A stretch of 64,000 nucleotides of DNA, counting the filler, from Kipferlia bialata (Eukaryota): the NCBI GenBank assembly GCA_003568945.1. It is 6 parts of 6 records of this genome, joined end to end, with 100 filler letters (N's around TTAATTAATTAA, not from the genome) between each part and the next. Parts side by side here need not be neighbours in the genome. Positions count along the whole stretch, not along the records: positions 51,370 to 60,753 come from BDIP01000958.1; positions 60,854 to 64,000 come from BDIP01000973.1; 4 more parts are not named here. One strand, given 5' to 3'. Shown piece after piece: positions 51,370 to 64,000 of this stretch. Each line of letters opens with the position of its first letter. Position 1 is the stretch's first letter. Under the pieces are notes generated by a model, which saw only the letters and a list, made by a program, of their open reading frames with translations, was not told the origin of the DNA and searched no databases. Position numbers and translations under genes: made by a program.

Positions 51370-51433
51370 GGGGGAACCCCTTTTTTTTTCCCCCCCCCCC
51401 CCCCCCCCTCCCCCAAAAGTCTTCTCACCACAG

Positions 51434-54400
51434 TTGAGTCTGACCCTCCGTTCCGTGTCAGCTCCCAGTCTCTGGAGGACGCCCTGGGGGGTGCGCTGGA
51501 TGGAGTCAACCTGGACTCATCGATGGCCGGAGGTGCGTTCGGGACAGAGGGGTGTTTGCGTATAGTGGCTGATTGACTTATCATATTAATATACATGTTC
51601 TTGACTCACGTCCAGGTGCCATTGCAGCAGCCCTGGCAAGTGGTGCTCTTGGCTCTCTGACGGAAGCCTGTGAGGGGGAGGGAGAGGCTGATGTGGAGAC
51701 TGATGCCGAGAGAGAGAGAGAGAGAGATGTGGATGTGGCCACAGACACAGAGTCGGAGCAGGAGTCAGTCGTGACAGAGCCCAGTGAGCAGTCTGCCCCT
51801 GAGGCTCAGCCTAGCACTGAGGGCCAGACACCCCTCGACAACGGCATCAGCTCCGTGTCTCTACAGGATGCCCTGGGGTGTGACATGGGGGGTGTGGACC
51901 TGGACTCATCCATGTCGCAGAGTGCCCTGCTAGCTTTGATGCAGGCCCACCCTGCGGCGGCAGAGGCACAGGCGCAGATAGAGGCCCCAGAGGTGGAGGC
52001 CCAGGCAGAGGGAGCCCCCCTCAACATCAGTGGTGTGTCCCTGGAGGACACCCTGGGGGATGGGGCACTGGAGGGTGTGGACCTGTCCTCGTCTGTGGCC
52101 GGTACTGCCCTGGGGGGCCTCAGCATGTATAGGTCAGGGATAGACAGGGCCATGCCAGGGGGAGAGACTGCTGCTGTCCCAGCCAGTGTGGGCATGGTGG
52201 ACGTGGATGCCCTGGGTCTAGGGGATATGCTGGATATGGGCACACCTCTCATGGCCAAGGGTGAGGCCTCAAGTGTCGAGGGGGATGAGGATGGTACGTG
52301 TATGTCTGTGGGTGAGATTCGTTGTATGTCATTCCATTTGACCCTCCTAGCATGAATACCTCCCTCCCTCCCACCCCAGGTGTCCTCTCTATGCTGGGTG
52401 CCCCTGCCCCCATGGACCTGTCCTCACTGGCAGTGCCCATACCAATGTGTGGACTCCACCAGAGCATACAACCTGAGGCAGAGGCAGAGGCAGAGGCAGA
52501 GGCAGAGGCAGATGATCTCCCTACCCTCTCCCTTGCCATGGGTGACACCCCAGAGCATGCAGAGGACAGACCCCACACCCCGGCGGATGCAGGGCTGGTG
52601 GTGGTGGCAGAGGTGGTGGTGCAGGGGAGAGAGGAGGAGATAGAGGGAGGGGACACTGCTGAGGCCGAGAGGCAGGCCGAGCTGGCGAGACAGGTGCTGG
52701 AGGACCAGGCCAGGATAGACAATGCCCGCATAGCCATGGAGGTATCCATGGCAGAGAAGGAGGCGGCAAGGGAGGCAGCAGCGGCCCTGGAGGCAGAGAG
52801 GGTGGCAGAGGCCGCTAGGGTTGCGGAGCAGGAGAGAATCGCTGAGGAGGAGAGGATAGCTGAGGCTAAGAGAGTAGCAGATGAGAAGGCGAGGGTCGCT
52901 GAGGCTGCTAGGGTCGCTGAGGCTGCTAGGGTTGCTGAGGAGAGGGAGAGACTTGCGGTCATTGAGAGGGCTAGGGAGGCCCAGAGACTGGCTGCAGAGA
53001 GAGAGGCACAGCGGGTGGAGGCTGCGAGGATAGCTGCTGAGGAGGAGGCTGCGGCCAGGCTTGCTGCCACTACCCTCTCCCCCGAGGCTGCTCTAGATGC
53101 CCTAGTAGACAGGACCAGGGACATGCTGCAGGGGGTCAAGGACATACCGGCCAGGTACATAGGGGTGACGGAGTGCACTGTGTCTCTCTCATACATATGG
53201 ATACATGAATTATACCCGTTTACCCCAGGAGGCTGAAGCGCCACCTTGCTGACACCAATGCCGATGCCGTGTTCCAGACCCTTGGGAGGGATATTGTGGA
53301 CATGTACACAGGGGAGGTACGACCCGTGCTCAGTATGCTGTGTGTACCATACATATATAGCATGTACCATGCCCCCCCCCACCCCCCCACTCACCCCCCC
53401 AGGAGGTGTCCTCCGACACAGTCTCTACTATGCAGCTGGTGGGCATGGTGCTGTACGTGATAGACCGGGTGGTACTGGAGATTGCCCCCTCCCGCAACCC
53501 CGACCTGGCTGCCGTTGCAGTACTGGAGGTGTTTGTGCTGGCACTGGCTGCCATCCTTAGGAGGTGGGTGTGGATAGTACCTATATACACAGTGTATCAT
53601 TGATGCTCTATTGGGCAGTGTCTGACCCCCAGGCCCGACGACAGCTCCGAGGACGTGGCCAGACTGCTGTGCAACCCCAAGGGCACCCTGGGCAGTGCCG
53701 GTGGGTGTGTCAACACCGACATCAAGGGACACGAGGTGGTTAACAGGCTGCTGGCACACCCTCTCTCGGTGTCTGCCAACGCCACAACCGGGGTGCTCTT
53801 CCCACTCTGTGTGTGCATTGGGGCTCTGACCCAGGGTATGGGCATTGATATACTCGGGTACTCTTGTTCTGGGGTGCAATCACATACCTCTCTGTATCTC
53901 TGCCTCCTCACCCCCCCAGCCCTCTCCGTGCACTCCATCCCGGTCAAGCCCTTCCTGTGCATCAGCAGGCCCGACCAGTCCTGCCTCCAGCCCTTCTGGC
54001 CGAAGCTGGCCCCGCTCCTGAAGAGGTGGGTGGTGGCTTGGCCTTTATTCTTCTACCCCCCCCCCCACCCCGTCTCCCCCCATGCCTCACCCTTCAGCAC
54101 CGTGACCGCAGTCACACACAGAAGGGGAGGCATAGACACATTGGCAACCAGGAGGTACCCGCATGTGTGTGTACTCATACCCTCTCCACCCCCAATGTAT
54201 ATTCCCCCACCCCAGGTATGCCCGTGACATGGATATCAGCCAGGTGTTCTTTGGCGAGAGCGGTCCCTTTGCCGGGGCTGTGTCTGTGCTCCAGCTGGAT
54301 GCATACCCCCGCTTTGGGAATGCCCTCCTCACCATATTGGAGAGCAGTGTGGAGGAGACAGGCCGCTGGCTGAATGTGAGTGGTGTGGTCCACTCTGCTC

Positions 54401-55129
54401 TCTCTCTCTCTCTTATCCATCCATCACTTACCCTCACCCCAGGTGACCAAGTTCTATGCCGACCCCACCCGCCCCCCCTCCACCCCCGTCATGGTGTCCT
54501 TCCTGTCTCTGCTGGAGGCCATGTCCCACACCCCAAGGGGCAGGAGGATACTGGCAGACAGTCCAAGGCTGCTGGTGCTCTCGGTCTCAGAGGTGGGTCC
54601 CAGGGTGGTTCTCACTCACAACCACACCCACATACCGCCGATAGTCGTGGTTACAAACATTGTATACCCTCTCCTGACCTCTAGATTGTGCGTAACTGCC
54701 CTAACCCGGCTGGGGCCCAGGCCTGGGATGCCCGGATAGGCCAGACGGGCCAGAGGCTGGTGGGCAGCATACTGGGTACGGACACCCCTCTGACTGGTAC
54801 CTCTCTGTACCCCGGTATGTGTGACTGCTCCTCTCACCCCCAGCCAACCTGATGCTGGACCCCGTGGCCTGGGAGGCAGTCGGGAAGAACACGAGGGTAT
54901 GAGTAACCACCCTACCCCTACTTTGGCCATCTACTCACAACCAGCTGGCTGCTATCCGTGACCTCCGTGCTGTGATGACGGGGTGGCGCCGGTATGCATT
55001 ATGCCCAGAGGAGTACGTGGATTGTGTACCATCATATCACTGTATACTGTCCCTCCTTCTGATGCCAGGGTCAAGACCCGGGTGGGCAATGCTCTGCGTG
55101 CCATACTGGAGGCCCGCCAGTCGGTCTGA
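51434..55129 (+). CDS. Multi-exon protein: acidic repeats, E/A/R coiled coil and a C-terminal ARM/HEAT-like helical region
   Basis: About 13 exons with short canonical introns. Ends GVKTRVGNALRAILEARQSV*. Confidence 0.65.
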
Positions 55130-55571
55130 TCCATTCATAGCTTGCTTAGGAGGCTCTCCATTGGTCATCGATGGTTGGCATGTCGCATTTAGTCGTCTGT
55201 TGTTTAGGACTTTACCACTTTGGGTTAGGTTGTTGTTAAGTGTAGTTTTGTATAGTTCCTTGCACCTGTTCTTGTGGAGTTTGGTCTCTAATGTTGAACC
55301 AAATAGATGTTGTACGTGGTACCACGATGAATAGTGCTTTGACCCAGTATTGGCCCGTTCCCTCAGTGACAGACACAATTACATAGACTATGTAACATAG
55401 TGTATGATTTGAGTTTTTTGGTTAGGGGTGTAACGCGGCCCATATTACAATACTCTACATACTCTCTAAACCTCTGCAGGCATACCAGACCCAGCCTGCG
55501 CTGCTCTGTCAGAGTTAGTGTTAGTGTGAGTGTGTAGAGGTAGTGTTTAGTGGGTTGGTGTGTGTGGAGGT

Positions 55572-58500
55572 ATGCAGCTCTCTCGCTCTCGGTCTGTCCC
55601 CCACATACGTAGGGACAGCACTGTGAGGGGGAGTGCTGTGAAGGGGAGGGAGGGGAGAAGCACTCGGGGATTAGGGAGAGACGCAGGGCATGCGATGAGA
55701 CCTCCACTGGACAACTCTGTGCGGCGCAGGGAGAGAGAGACCGGGTCTAATGCAGAGGGACTGGACAGAGACCAGCCCCGGCGACAGAGAGACAAGGCCG
55801 ATGCCCCTCATGACGCCCATTCATCAGACCATGCAGAGAGGATGATGGTGGCTGTCCGGTATGTGGATGTGGTCAATGCTGGTGTGTCTCTCTTTGTGTT
55901 TGTGTGCAGGTCGTTTGTATATGGGTTGTAGATTTCTTAATCCTCACCCTCAGTGTGCGTCCCTCCCTGCCGTCCGACCAGTCATCACAGACAGGGAGGG
56001 GGACGGGGAAGGGGTCGGCAAACAATGCAAAGGGAGAGGCAGTGTCGGTGCTTACAGGAAACAGGTGGGGAACGGATGGGTTGGGACCTGCACTCTTCTG
56101 AGTGGGGTCTCATATATATGTAGCCCCCCCATGGCCAGTATGTGTATAGACTGAGTCTCACCCCAGGGTGCGTGTTGTGGATGACATATCCCCCCTGGAG
56201 GAGTCCCTCGGCAGAGAGTTCAAGCTAGGTGGGTGCAGTAGGTGCACACCTAAAGGATACCTATCATCTACCTGACCCCCCCCCCCCCCCCCCTCTCTCT
56301 CTCATGTCTAGACTGGACTCTGGGTCAGGGTGCACGGCAGAATGACATGTATGGAGTGATAGAGCCAAGGATACGGTACGTCGGCACTCTATTATACACT
56401 AGTTCGACAATCACTCCATACTATTACCCATTCCCATCACTGTCTCCTCTCTACATCTCCTGTCCCACCCCAGCGATGTGCTTGTAGGGTATGACGTCAC
56501 TGTCATGGCCTATGGACAGACCGGGAGTGGCAAGACTCACACCCTCATAGGTATTATTGGCATGAGTGTCCACTCTGTGACAAGGTCTACCTCTCTCAAC
56601 CCCCCCCCCCCTCACCCTAGGGACTGACACCGAGCCTGGCATTGTGCCTCGTGCCCTGGACACCCTGTTCTGCGCCCTGGCCTCCACCCCCTCTGCCTCT
56701 GCCTCTGACGACACCCCCCTCGAGTGGGACAGACCCCTGCAGCATGGGAAGGGCAGGGACAAGGGGGTATCAGTGAGTGTGTCTCTGCTGGAGGTGTACA
56801 ACGAGACACTCACGGACCTGTTGGCCGAGGAAGACAAGGAGAGAGAGAGGCAGAGAGAGAAGAGGAGGGAGAGAGAGAGGGCTGGGTCCAGGGCGTCTAG
56901 TGCACAGAGGAGGAGGGTGTCTCAACAGCATGCACAGACACCTGCAGACAAGCCATTGACCATCAGGTACAGTTGTGTGTAGTGCTATGTATTCCCCCCC
57001 CCCCTGACCCCAGGGCCAACTCGGATGGCACGTGCACTGTGGACGGGCTGTGCAGTGTGGAGGTGACGTCAGGGAGTGACGTCATGGAGAGGGTGCTGGC
57101 TGCCCTGGACCACAGACACGTGGCAGCCACGTCAATGAACAAGTGCGTGGTAGTGCAGTGGATATAGGATTATGACTATTTACATGTGTACATCAATTCC
57201 ACACCCTCTCACCCCACAGACTCAGTTCCCGGTCCCACCTAGTGGTGCAGATCAAGGTGCAGACACCCGTCGCAGAGGAGGTACCCAGCTCTTATTATAC
57301 GATGTGTACTCTTATGTGGCCATATGTATATCCTGCAGTACCCCCCCCCTTACCCCCAGGAGACCGACCAGCCCGGTGCCCATATCAGTAGGGGTTCCCA
57401 TGTGGGTATGCTGACCTTTGTGGATCTGGCAGGGAGTGAGAGGCTCAACGATAACAGGTGTGTGTCGCATGTATGAACCGCAGCTATATGCATCTGTGCA
57501 ATAAGACCACATCTACATAGTATTCATATACCCATGCTCACCCCTAGGACCACGGCCACCAGACGCAGGGAGACTCAGCTGATCAACCTGTCCCTGCTGA
57601 CTCTGCAGGTGGGTGGGGAGTGGATCCATAGTGATCTAGCATACCTGCCAGATCTCTTCCCCCATCTACTGCCTATACCCCTAACCCCAGAGCTGTGTGC
57701 TGGGTCTGGCCAGGAATGCAGCCCAGGGCACACACACCAGCCACGTCCCATTCCGGTATGGACACTGGGTGTATATATGTGTCTATTTATTCATCGCGTA
57801 GTCCCACATTGTATATGGTATACTGTATGCAACGTGTCTGACCCCCCAGCAACAGCAAGCTGACCCGCCTCCTGCAGTCCTCGCTGAGTGGGGCTGCCCG
57901 TACCTACCTCATAGCCACTGTGTCTCCTGACATGGCCTGTGCCCAGGAGGTGCGGCGGTGCTCTCTCTCTCTGTATATCTCCATGTCTATGTTCTGACTG
58001 ATACCCAGAGCGTGTCGACCCTGCGCTTTGCCAGCCGGTGCCGGTCTCTGGCCACCCATGCCCAGAGGACGGTGGTGCAGACAGACGAGACACAGCTGGA
58101 CACAGACGACCTCAGACTGGAGCTGCAGTCACAGGTGGGTCTATGGAAGGGTTGGAGTGCTCACTTCTATAATGTAATACACTTCGATATGCCCTGTCCC
58201 TATGGCTCTGCACTGACTGCAGGTGCAGACCCTGCAGGAGTTACAGGCCGAGAGGGATGGCCTTCTGCGCCACCTGGCCCAGCTGGACCCGTCTGCTGTA
58301 CCCGATGTGTCCCCTAGCACCCTGGGGAGTGGGGTGGAGAGGGGCCAGCCCGCCCCTGCCCTCCCCAGTCTGGCTGCCCTGCTAGCATCTACCAGGGAGA
58401 GAGAGGCAGAGGGGGAGAGGGCCAGGCAGTGCGTGCGGGCCGTGACCACCGCCCTGTGTACATCCATGGGGACAGACGCACGGGCCCTCCTTGGCCCCTT

Positions 58501-58945
58501 CCTTGGGTGGGTGGACGAGGAGGAGGAGGAGGAGGTTGGAGAGGCACCCCCAGACACAGAGGGCAAGGGTACCTCAGGGGTATCAGTATCAGTATCAGTC
58601 TGTGACGCTGGAGAGGGATCGGATATGTCCAGGGGAGGGGGCTGGTGTGACGGGGTGGATGTGGACCACCCTGGGTGGGTGCCTAATGCACAGCCCAATG
58701 TGGTCGATACGCCTGTCACAGAGAAGGACGCCCCCTACCCCTCGACCACCAGATACCTCGCCCCCTTCACTGCTGCCTATCCACCGACCCCAGGTGGGTA
58801 TGTCAGCACCCCGGGCCTGTCCTTTGCCCCTACTAGGGCACAGACAATAGCCCTGGGGCTCAGACACCCGAGAGAGGAGGAGGAGAGTATGGTGTCTGTG
58901 TATCCAGCTCTTTCCACACCCATACTCAGACCGTGTAACATGTAA
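55572..58945 (+). CDS. Kinesin motor protein, N-terminal motor, ~14 exons
   Basis: VAVR-VRP, MAYGQTGSGKTHT, LEVYNE, SMNK-LSSRSH, FVDLAGSER, INLSL, HVPFR-NSKLTRLLQSSLSG, STLRFASR. Confidence 0.93.
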
Positions 58946-59165
58946 TAATAGAAATCTTTGCGCGTCCAGACTAAGTTTCACCATAGGCCATGAGGTTGTT
59001 TGAGGGACGGTGACAAATGGTCACTGACCATTATCCACCAGTGACACATTTTAGACCTTTACGTCATTTACATCCATAAAACAAAACTCTAAGAGTGAAT
59101 GTATGAATTGTGAGTGTATGGAGGAAAACGCTTCTTCCGCTTTTCGATTGAGCGATCTCACACTG

Positions 59166-60019
59166 ATGAAGCTCTCCATCGTCGTTCTCTGCCTACTGGG
59201 CCTTGCCCTAGCTGCCTCCCAGCACACTGACGCCGATGGCCGTGCATGGTACACCACACGTGAGTTCTTGTGTTCTTTCGGCCAGTGACATTTTCCTCTC
59301 TTTCCTCCTCCTCTCTTCTCCTCTCTTCTCCTCTCTTCTCCTCTCTTTCTTCCTCCTGATAATGCAGGCTCAGATGCATTCACCAACACCGTTGTGGATC
59401 CCAGGGTCCTCACTGCCGCCACTGAGTTCACCACGATGGTTTGCCCCAAGACAGAGTCAGTGAGACTTCAATGCAAGTCCACTCTTGGTACTGCTTTTGT
59501 GGCTTACACCCTTGACGTGAGCGAGGTATCTTACGCATCTTTCTCTCATCATCATCATCATATCATCAGTATCAGTATCAGTATCATTACGGTCAGTATC
59601 AGTATCTGATGTGAGGTGTCTGGGGCCGATGCTGACAGCTACGAGATTGCCACTGACTCTGTGGCCACATCCACCTTCACCTCATCCTCCTTCGATGAGT
59701 TTGAGATTGTCTTCGCCCTCACTGACAAGGAGGCTTGTTTCTCTGTTGACTGGTCTGTGAACAGGTACGACACCGCTATATTCCATGCTGATTAATGTAT
59801 CTATCAGTATATATTAGTGTAGGACTGACCCTTAGGTTCGGACAGTCCTCTCTCCAGTGCTACTACGAGAGCGCTGGCGCCTCCACCACCATGATATACA
59901 TACTCGTTGGTATCATCGTCGTTCTCCTCTCTGGACTCGGCGTGGTTGGTTACTACATGCTCAAGGCCAGGGACGAGGCTAGCGACAACAAGGCCGCAGC
60001 CACCCTGGCTCCTCTCTAA
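59166..60019 (+). CDS. Small type I membrane protein (signal peptide, Cys-containing ectodomain, TM, short tail), 4 exons
   Basis: MKLSIVVLCLLGLALAA... and ...MIYILVGIIVVLLSGLGVVGYYMLKARDE...*. Confidence 0.8.
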
Positions 60020-60468
60020 TTATGTAGTGTTTGACGTTTGTGAAGGCTAGTATAGTGTGTGTCATTGTGTTGTAGAATTTTTAGTAATTGTGGCTCAGTC
60101 CTTCTGCTGCCCTGTGAATAGATAATAATGATACTTGCGTGCTGCAATGATGCACGGTCTGTATCGATAGGTTCTATGTCTGACAAGCTGTCAGTGACAT
60201 CCCAAACTAGGGTGTGGACTTGAATCACACGACTTAAGGGATTAACTTAATCATTAAGGGATACTTGCGCATTTTTAGCATGGAGACCAGTAGCGAAGAG
60301 TGACCTCCCCGACTCTCTTGGCTTGACTATACTGTTGTGTCAGTTACAAGAAGAGCTGTCCTAGTTGTTCAAGAGTCCCTTGGAAGGTAGATAGCAACCT
60401 AGTGGGAGTGAGAGTGTGAGAGGGAGACAGAGTGCAACCCAGAAGCCTGGACAGTAGCCAGGCACAAG

Positions 60469-60588
60469 ATGAGCTCAGGATCACTGCCTGTGGTCTATGA
60501 CCCCTCGGTGACATTCTACCTGGTCAAGTACGGAGACTCTGCCAACATGCAGTTCTACACACAGTCAGATGTGGATATCCAGGCCCAG
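60469..60588 (+). CDS. Probable first exon of an unknown gene truncated by contig end
   Basis: MSSGSLPVVYDPSVTFYLVKYGDSANMQFYTQSDVDIQAQ, followed by a GTGAGA donor. Confidence 0.45.
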
Positions 60589-60704
60589 GTGAGACTCGGA
60601 GATTCGCCTTATGTGTATGTATCAGCCATACGCTGTCAACACCGTTGTATATTGGGATCCATGTCATCTCGCTACCCCGGGTATATCTTTCTTCGCCACT
60701 CTAT

Positions 60705-60753
<49 letters not shown>

Positions 60754-60853
60754 NNNNNNNNNNNNNNNNNNNNNNNNNNNNNNNNNNNNNNNNNNNNTTA
60801 ATTAATTAANNNNNNNNNNNNNNNNNNNNNNNNNNNNNNNNNNNNNNNNNNNN
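60754..60853. other. Artificial contig spacer
   Basis: N-TTAATTAATTAA-N. Confidence 0.97.
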
Positions 60854-60901
<48 letters not shown>

Positions 60902-61288
60902 TCTCTTAGATTGCAGGTGTCAGTCACACAAGGTCAGGGTCAGGGTCAGAGTAAGAGAAGATATATACAGGGCAAGGTGGAGTTAGCACTAGCCACTGGC
61001 CCTCCTGGGGATATATATGTTTCAGTCTCCGTGAGTGTTAGAGCAGGATAGTAGTGTTGCCCTAATCTCACCACAAGGGGTTGTAAAGGAACGCGTGTAG
61101 GGGCTACACACATTGGACCCCCAACCCCAACCAAGTATGAGACGTTCACTCATAATTCAACGGTGCAGTGACTCTCTCAGAGAATCTATTCAGTACCAAC
61201 GTGGTACAATACAACTTATAGCTCCACAGTCCATCCAAACTGAACTCAAATGCTCATCCATCACTGGATACATCATATCTCCTACCCT

Positions 61289-63948
61289 CTACTCCATAGG
61301 GGGAGAGTGAGGAGAGTAGGGCTCGTCTGCCTCTGATGCTGGGGGAGTGATGACAAAGGGATCCTCCTCAGGCACGGCCTCTGCCTCTACTGTCTCTGTC
61401 TCTACCACCGTCTCAGGCACAATAGATGCCTCAACCACAACCTCCTTCTCAGCCTCTGCCTCTGCCTCTACCTCTACCTCTGCCTCTGCCTCTACCTCTA
61501 CCTCTGCTGGTGTGGGGACAGGTGCGTCTGTGAAGACTAGGGGTGTCTCTGCAACCACCACCTCAGCCTCTACCTCAGCCTCTACCTCCGTGCCTACAGA
61601 TGGCTCCAGGGGTGCCTCTGTCTCCGTCTCTGTCCCCTCAGGAGACCCCACAGAGGGCTCTGCCTCACTATCCGGCACTGCATCAGACACGGCATCTGCG
61701 GTCTCCTCAGACACTACTGGGACCGCAGGCTCTGGGGTCTCTTGGTGGGTGGGCTCACCAGCCATAGGCACCTCGGGCTCTACTTCAGCCTCTGCCTCAG
61801 CCTCTGCCTCAGGCTCACTCATGCAGACACTCTCAACCACAGCCTGAGATGAGGGGAGGAAGACGGGACAGACAATTATCTATAATTGAGAACTATCCAT
61901 ATACTACAGTGTATAAGAGCACTAACCTGTAGCTTGGCTGCAAATGCGTCCTCTGACATGTCAGCTGAGTCCATGAGAGTGGAGAGGAGGGCATCGTCTA
62001 CACCCTCAATACCATGGGGCTCGGTATCAAGAGTCTCCGCCTCTGGCTCAGCCTCTACTTCTCCCTCTGCCTCTGGCTCTGGTTCCATGCCCTGGTCCTG
62101 TGCGGCAGTCTCAGCCTCTGCCTCAACAGGACTGGGCACAGGGGGCTCATCCACCACAGTCTCAACCGTCTCAACGGCCTCAACGGCCTCGACAGGCATG
62201 GAGGGCTCAGGTAGAGCCTCATCCTCTGCCTCCTCTCCCATGGCCACGTCTCCCTCCTCTGCAATCTCTCTCTCTCCCTCTGACCCTTCCTCCTCTCCCA
62301 TAGAGATGTCACCCTCTGCCTCAGGCTCAGGCTCAGGCTCGGACTCCTCGACCTCTCCGACGTGTATCTCCACCTCCACCCCTGGGTCATCCCAGGAGGA
62401 TGTAGGGGAGTAGAGGGACCCAGAGGGGGATGTAGGGCCGGAGGATCCACTGAGATCCGCCATGTCGCTCATCTCGACATCCCCACTCTCTGCCTCTGCC
62501 TCTGCCTCTGCCTCTGCCTCAAGAGCCTCCACCAGAGTCTCAGCCTCGACCTCTGTCTCTACCTCAACCTGCATCTGCTCCGGGCCCTCCTCCTCCTCCT
62601 CCTCCTCCTCTCTCTCCTCCTCTATCTCAGTGATGCTGTCCTCTCCCATGGTGATGTCTCCCTCCTCCTCAGGGGTCTCCTCAGTCTCAGCAGCCTCCAC
62701 CTCCTGGTCCACCTCCTCGGTAGCAACAGGCTCCGCCTCTGCCTCTGCCTCTACCCCTGCCTCTACCTCTGCTTCAGGGGTCTCCACAGACACGACATGC
62801 TCACCCTCGGTAGGGGTCTCTGTGGGTGTCTCTACCTCGGGTACTGCAGGTACAGGGCTGGGGACGGTGGATACCTCCTCCACCTCTGTCACTGACTCAG
62901 GGGGAGGGGGAGAGGCAAGAGGCTCCTCTGACACAGCCTCCTCCTCTCTCTCCTCTCTCTCCTCTCCCTCAGCGACTGGCACTGGCACCTCGGCCTCTGC
63001 CTCAGACACAGCTGCTTCAGACACAGCAGGTACTGACACAGCTGGTACAGAGACAGAGACAGGGGCAGGGGGGCAGGGAGAGGGGGGCATGGGGGAGATG
63101 GCACCGGGCTGGGCCTCCTCTGCCTCTGCCTCTGCCTCCTCCCTGATAGGTGTGATGGGGGAGTGAGGCTGCACAGGGGCCGGGGAGATGGGGGAGGGAG
63201 GGGCAGTGATGACACCCTCGCCTTCGCCCTCTGCCTCTCCCTCTGCCTCAGGTGTCGCCTCAGTAGACACTCCCTCGGGAGGGATGGGAGACGGCAGGGA
63301 GGTGTATGCCTCCTCATCCACCTCCTCCTCTCTCTCTCCCTCTGCCCCAGGTGACTGCATCTCAACATCAGCATCACCGCCCTCAGCCTTGACCTCTGCC
63401 TCAGTCTCAACAGCTGCCTCGACAGCCACCTCAGGCTGGGTCTTGGGTAGGGTCTCAGCCTCAGTGGCAGCAGGTACAGGCACTCTCTTGGCCTCAGGGG
63501 CAGCAGAGACAGCCTCAGAGGACGGGACAGCGGGTGCCTCCTCTGCCTTCTCTGGAGAGGCCTCTCTCTCTCTCTTCTGGCCTGTGCCAAAGACAGGCAC
63601 GGGAGCAGTCTCTGCCGCCTCAGGTTCTTCCTCTGTCTCACTCTCCTCGGCCACCCTCTTGGCAGGGGGGGCGAGGGAGGCAGGGAGAGAGGCAATGGGG
63701 CTGCGCTGCACCGCCACGTCTCTCCTGTCCATAGTGGCTACTCCCTGGGTGGGAGGGACAGAGACCTGTCTCTGCCTCTCCTCAGTGATGGAAGCCTCAG
63801 CAGCCCTGGCCTCGGCAAGGGCACGCTGGAGTAAGGGATGCAGAAGAGGGGGGGGGGGTATAGTGTAGAGAGAGAGACGGTACCTCGAGCTGAGTCACTG
63901 TCTGGTCCAGGGCCAGCTTGCTGAAGAGGATGCTGTTGTGGCACCATC
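61289..63948 (-). CDS. 3' part of a very acidic Glu/Ala/Pro-rich disordered protein
   Basis: Exons ~63883-63948, ~61928-63833 and ~61289-61844, with short canonical introns. Confidence 0.75.
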
Positions 63949-64000
63949 TGGAGTGTCAATATAGGGGGGGGGGGGGGAAGGGGGGAAAGAGAGAGAGAAA

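Overview
Eukaryotic, very intron-rich draft assembly. It is not one locus: six unrelated contigs are joined by artificial N-TTAATTAATTAA-N spacers, and there are two internal N gaps. The style (short GT-AG introns with the branch point almost fused to the acceptor, CTVAC-(C)n-YAG, plus TA/GA microsatellites and an expanded kelch-like family) suggests a fornicate such as Kipferlia bialata; this is inference. Splicing exons by eye gives SPO11, an ElaA/YjcF-type GNAT acetyltransferase, a catalytically dead calpain, a HerA/FtsK-like P-loop ATPase, a p24/TMED protein, a RING-(TRAF zinc finger)x~14-filamin-SPRY protein, a ubiquitin-like + degenerate kinesin-14 protein, a canonical kinesin, CUB, kelch-like and F-box fragments, and several acidic low-complexity proteins. 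The main unexplained signal: long introns are stacks of ~70-140 nt modules, each carrying an 'echo' of the neighbouring exon end together with its splice site. The echoes differ from the expressed exon mostly at synonymous positions, while the intron sequence next to each echo is unrelated. They therefore look like pieces of formerly or currently coding homologues, not neutrally decaying tandem duplicates. Exon boundaries are manual predictions without transcript support.
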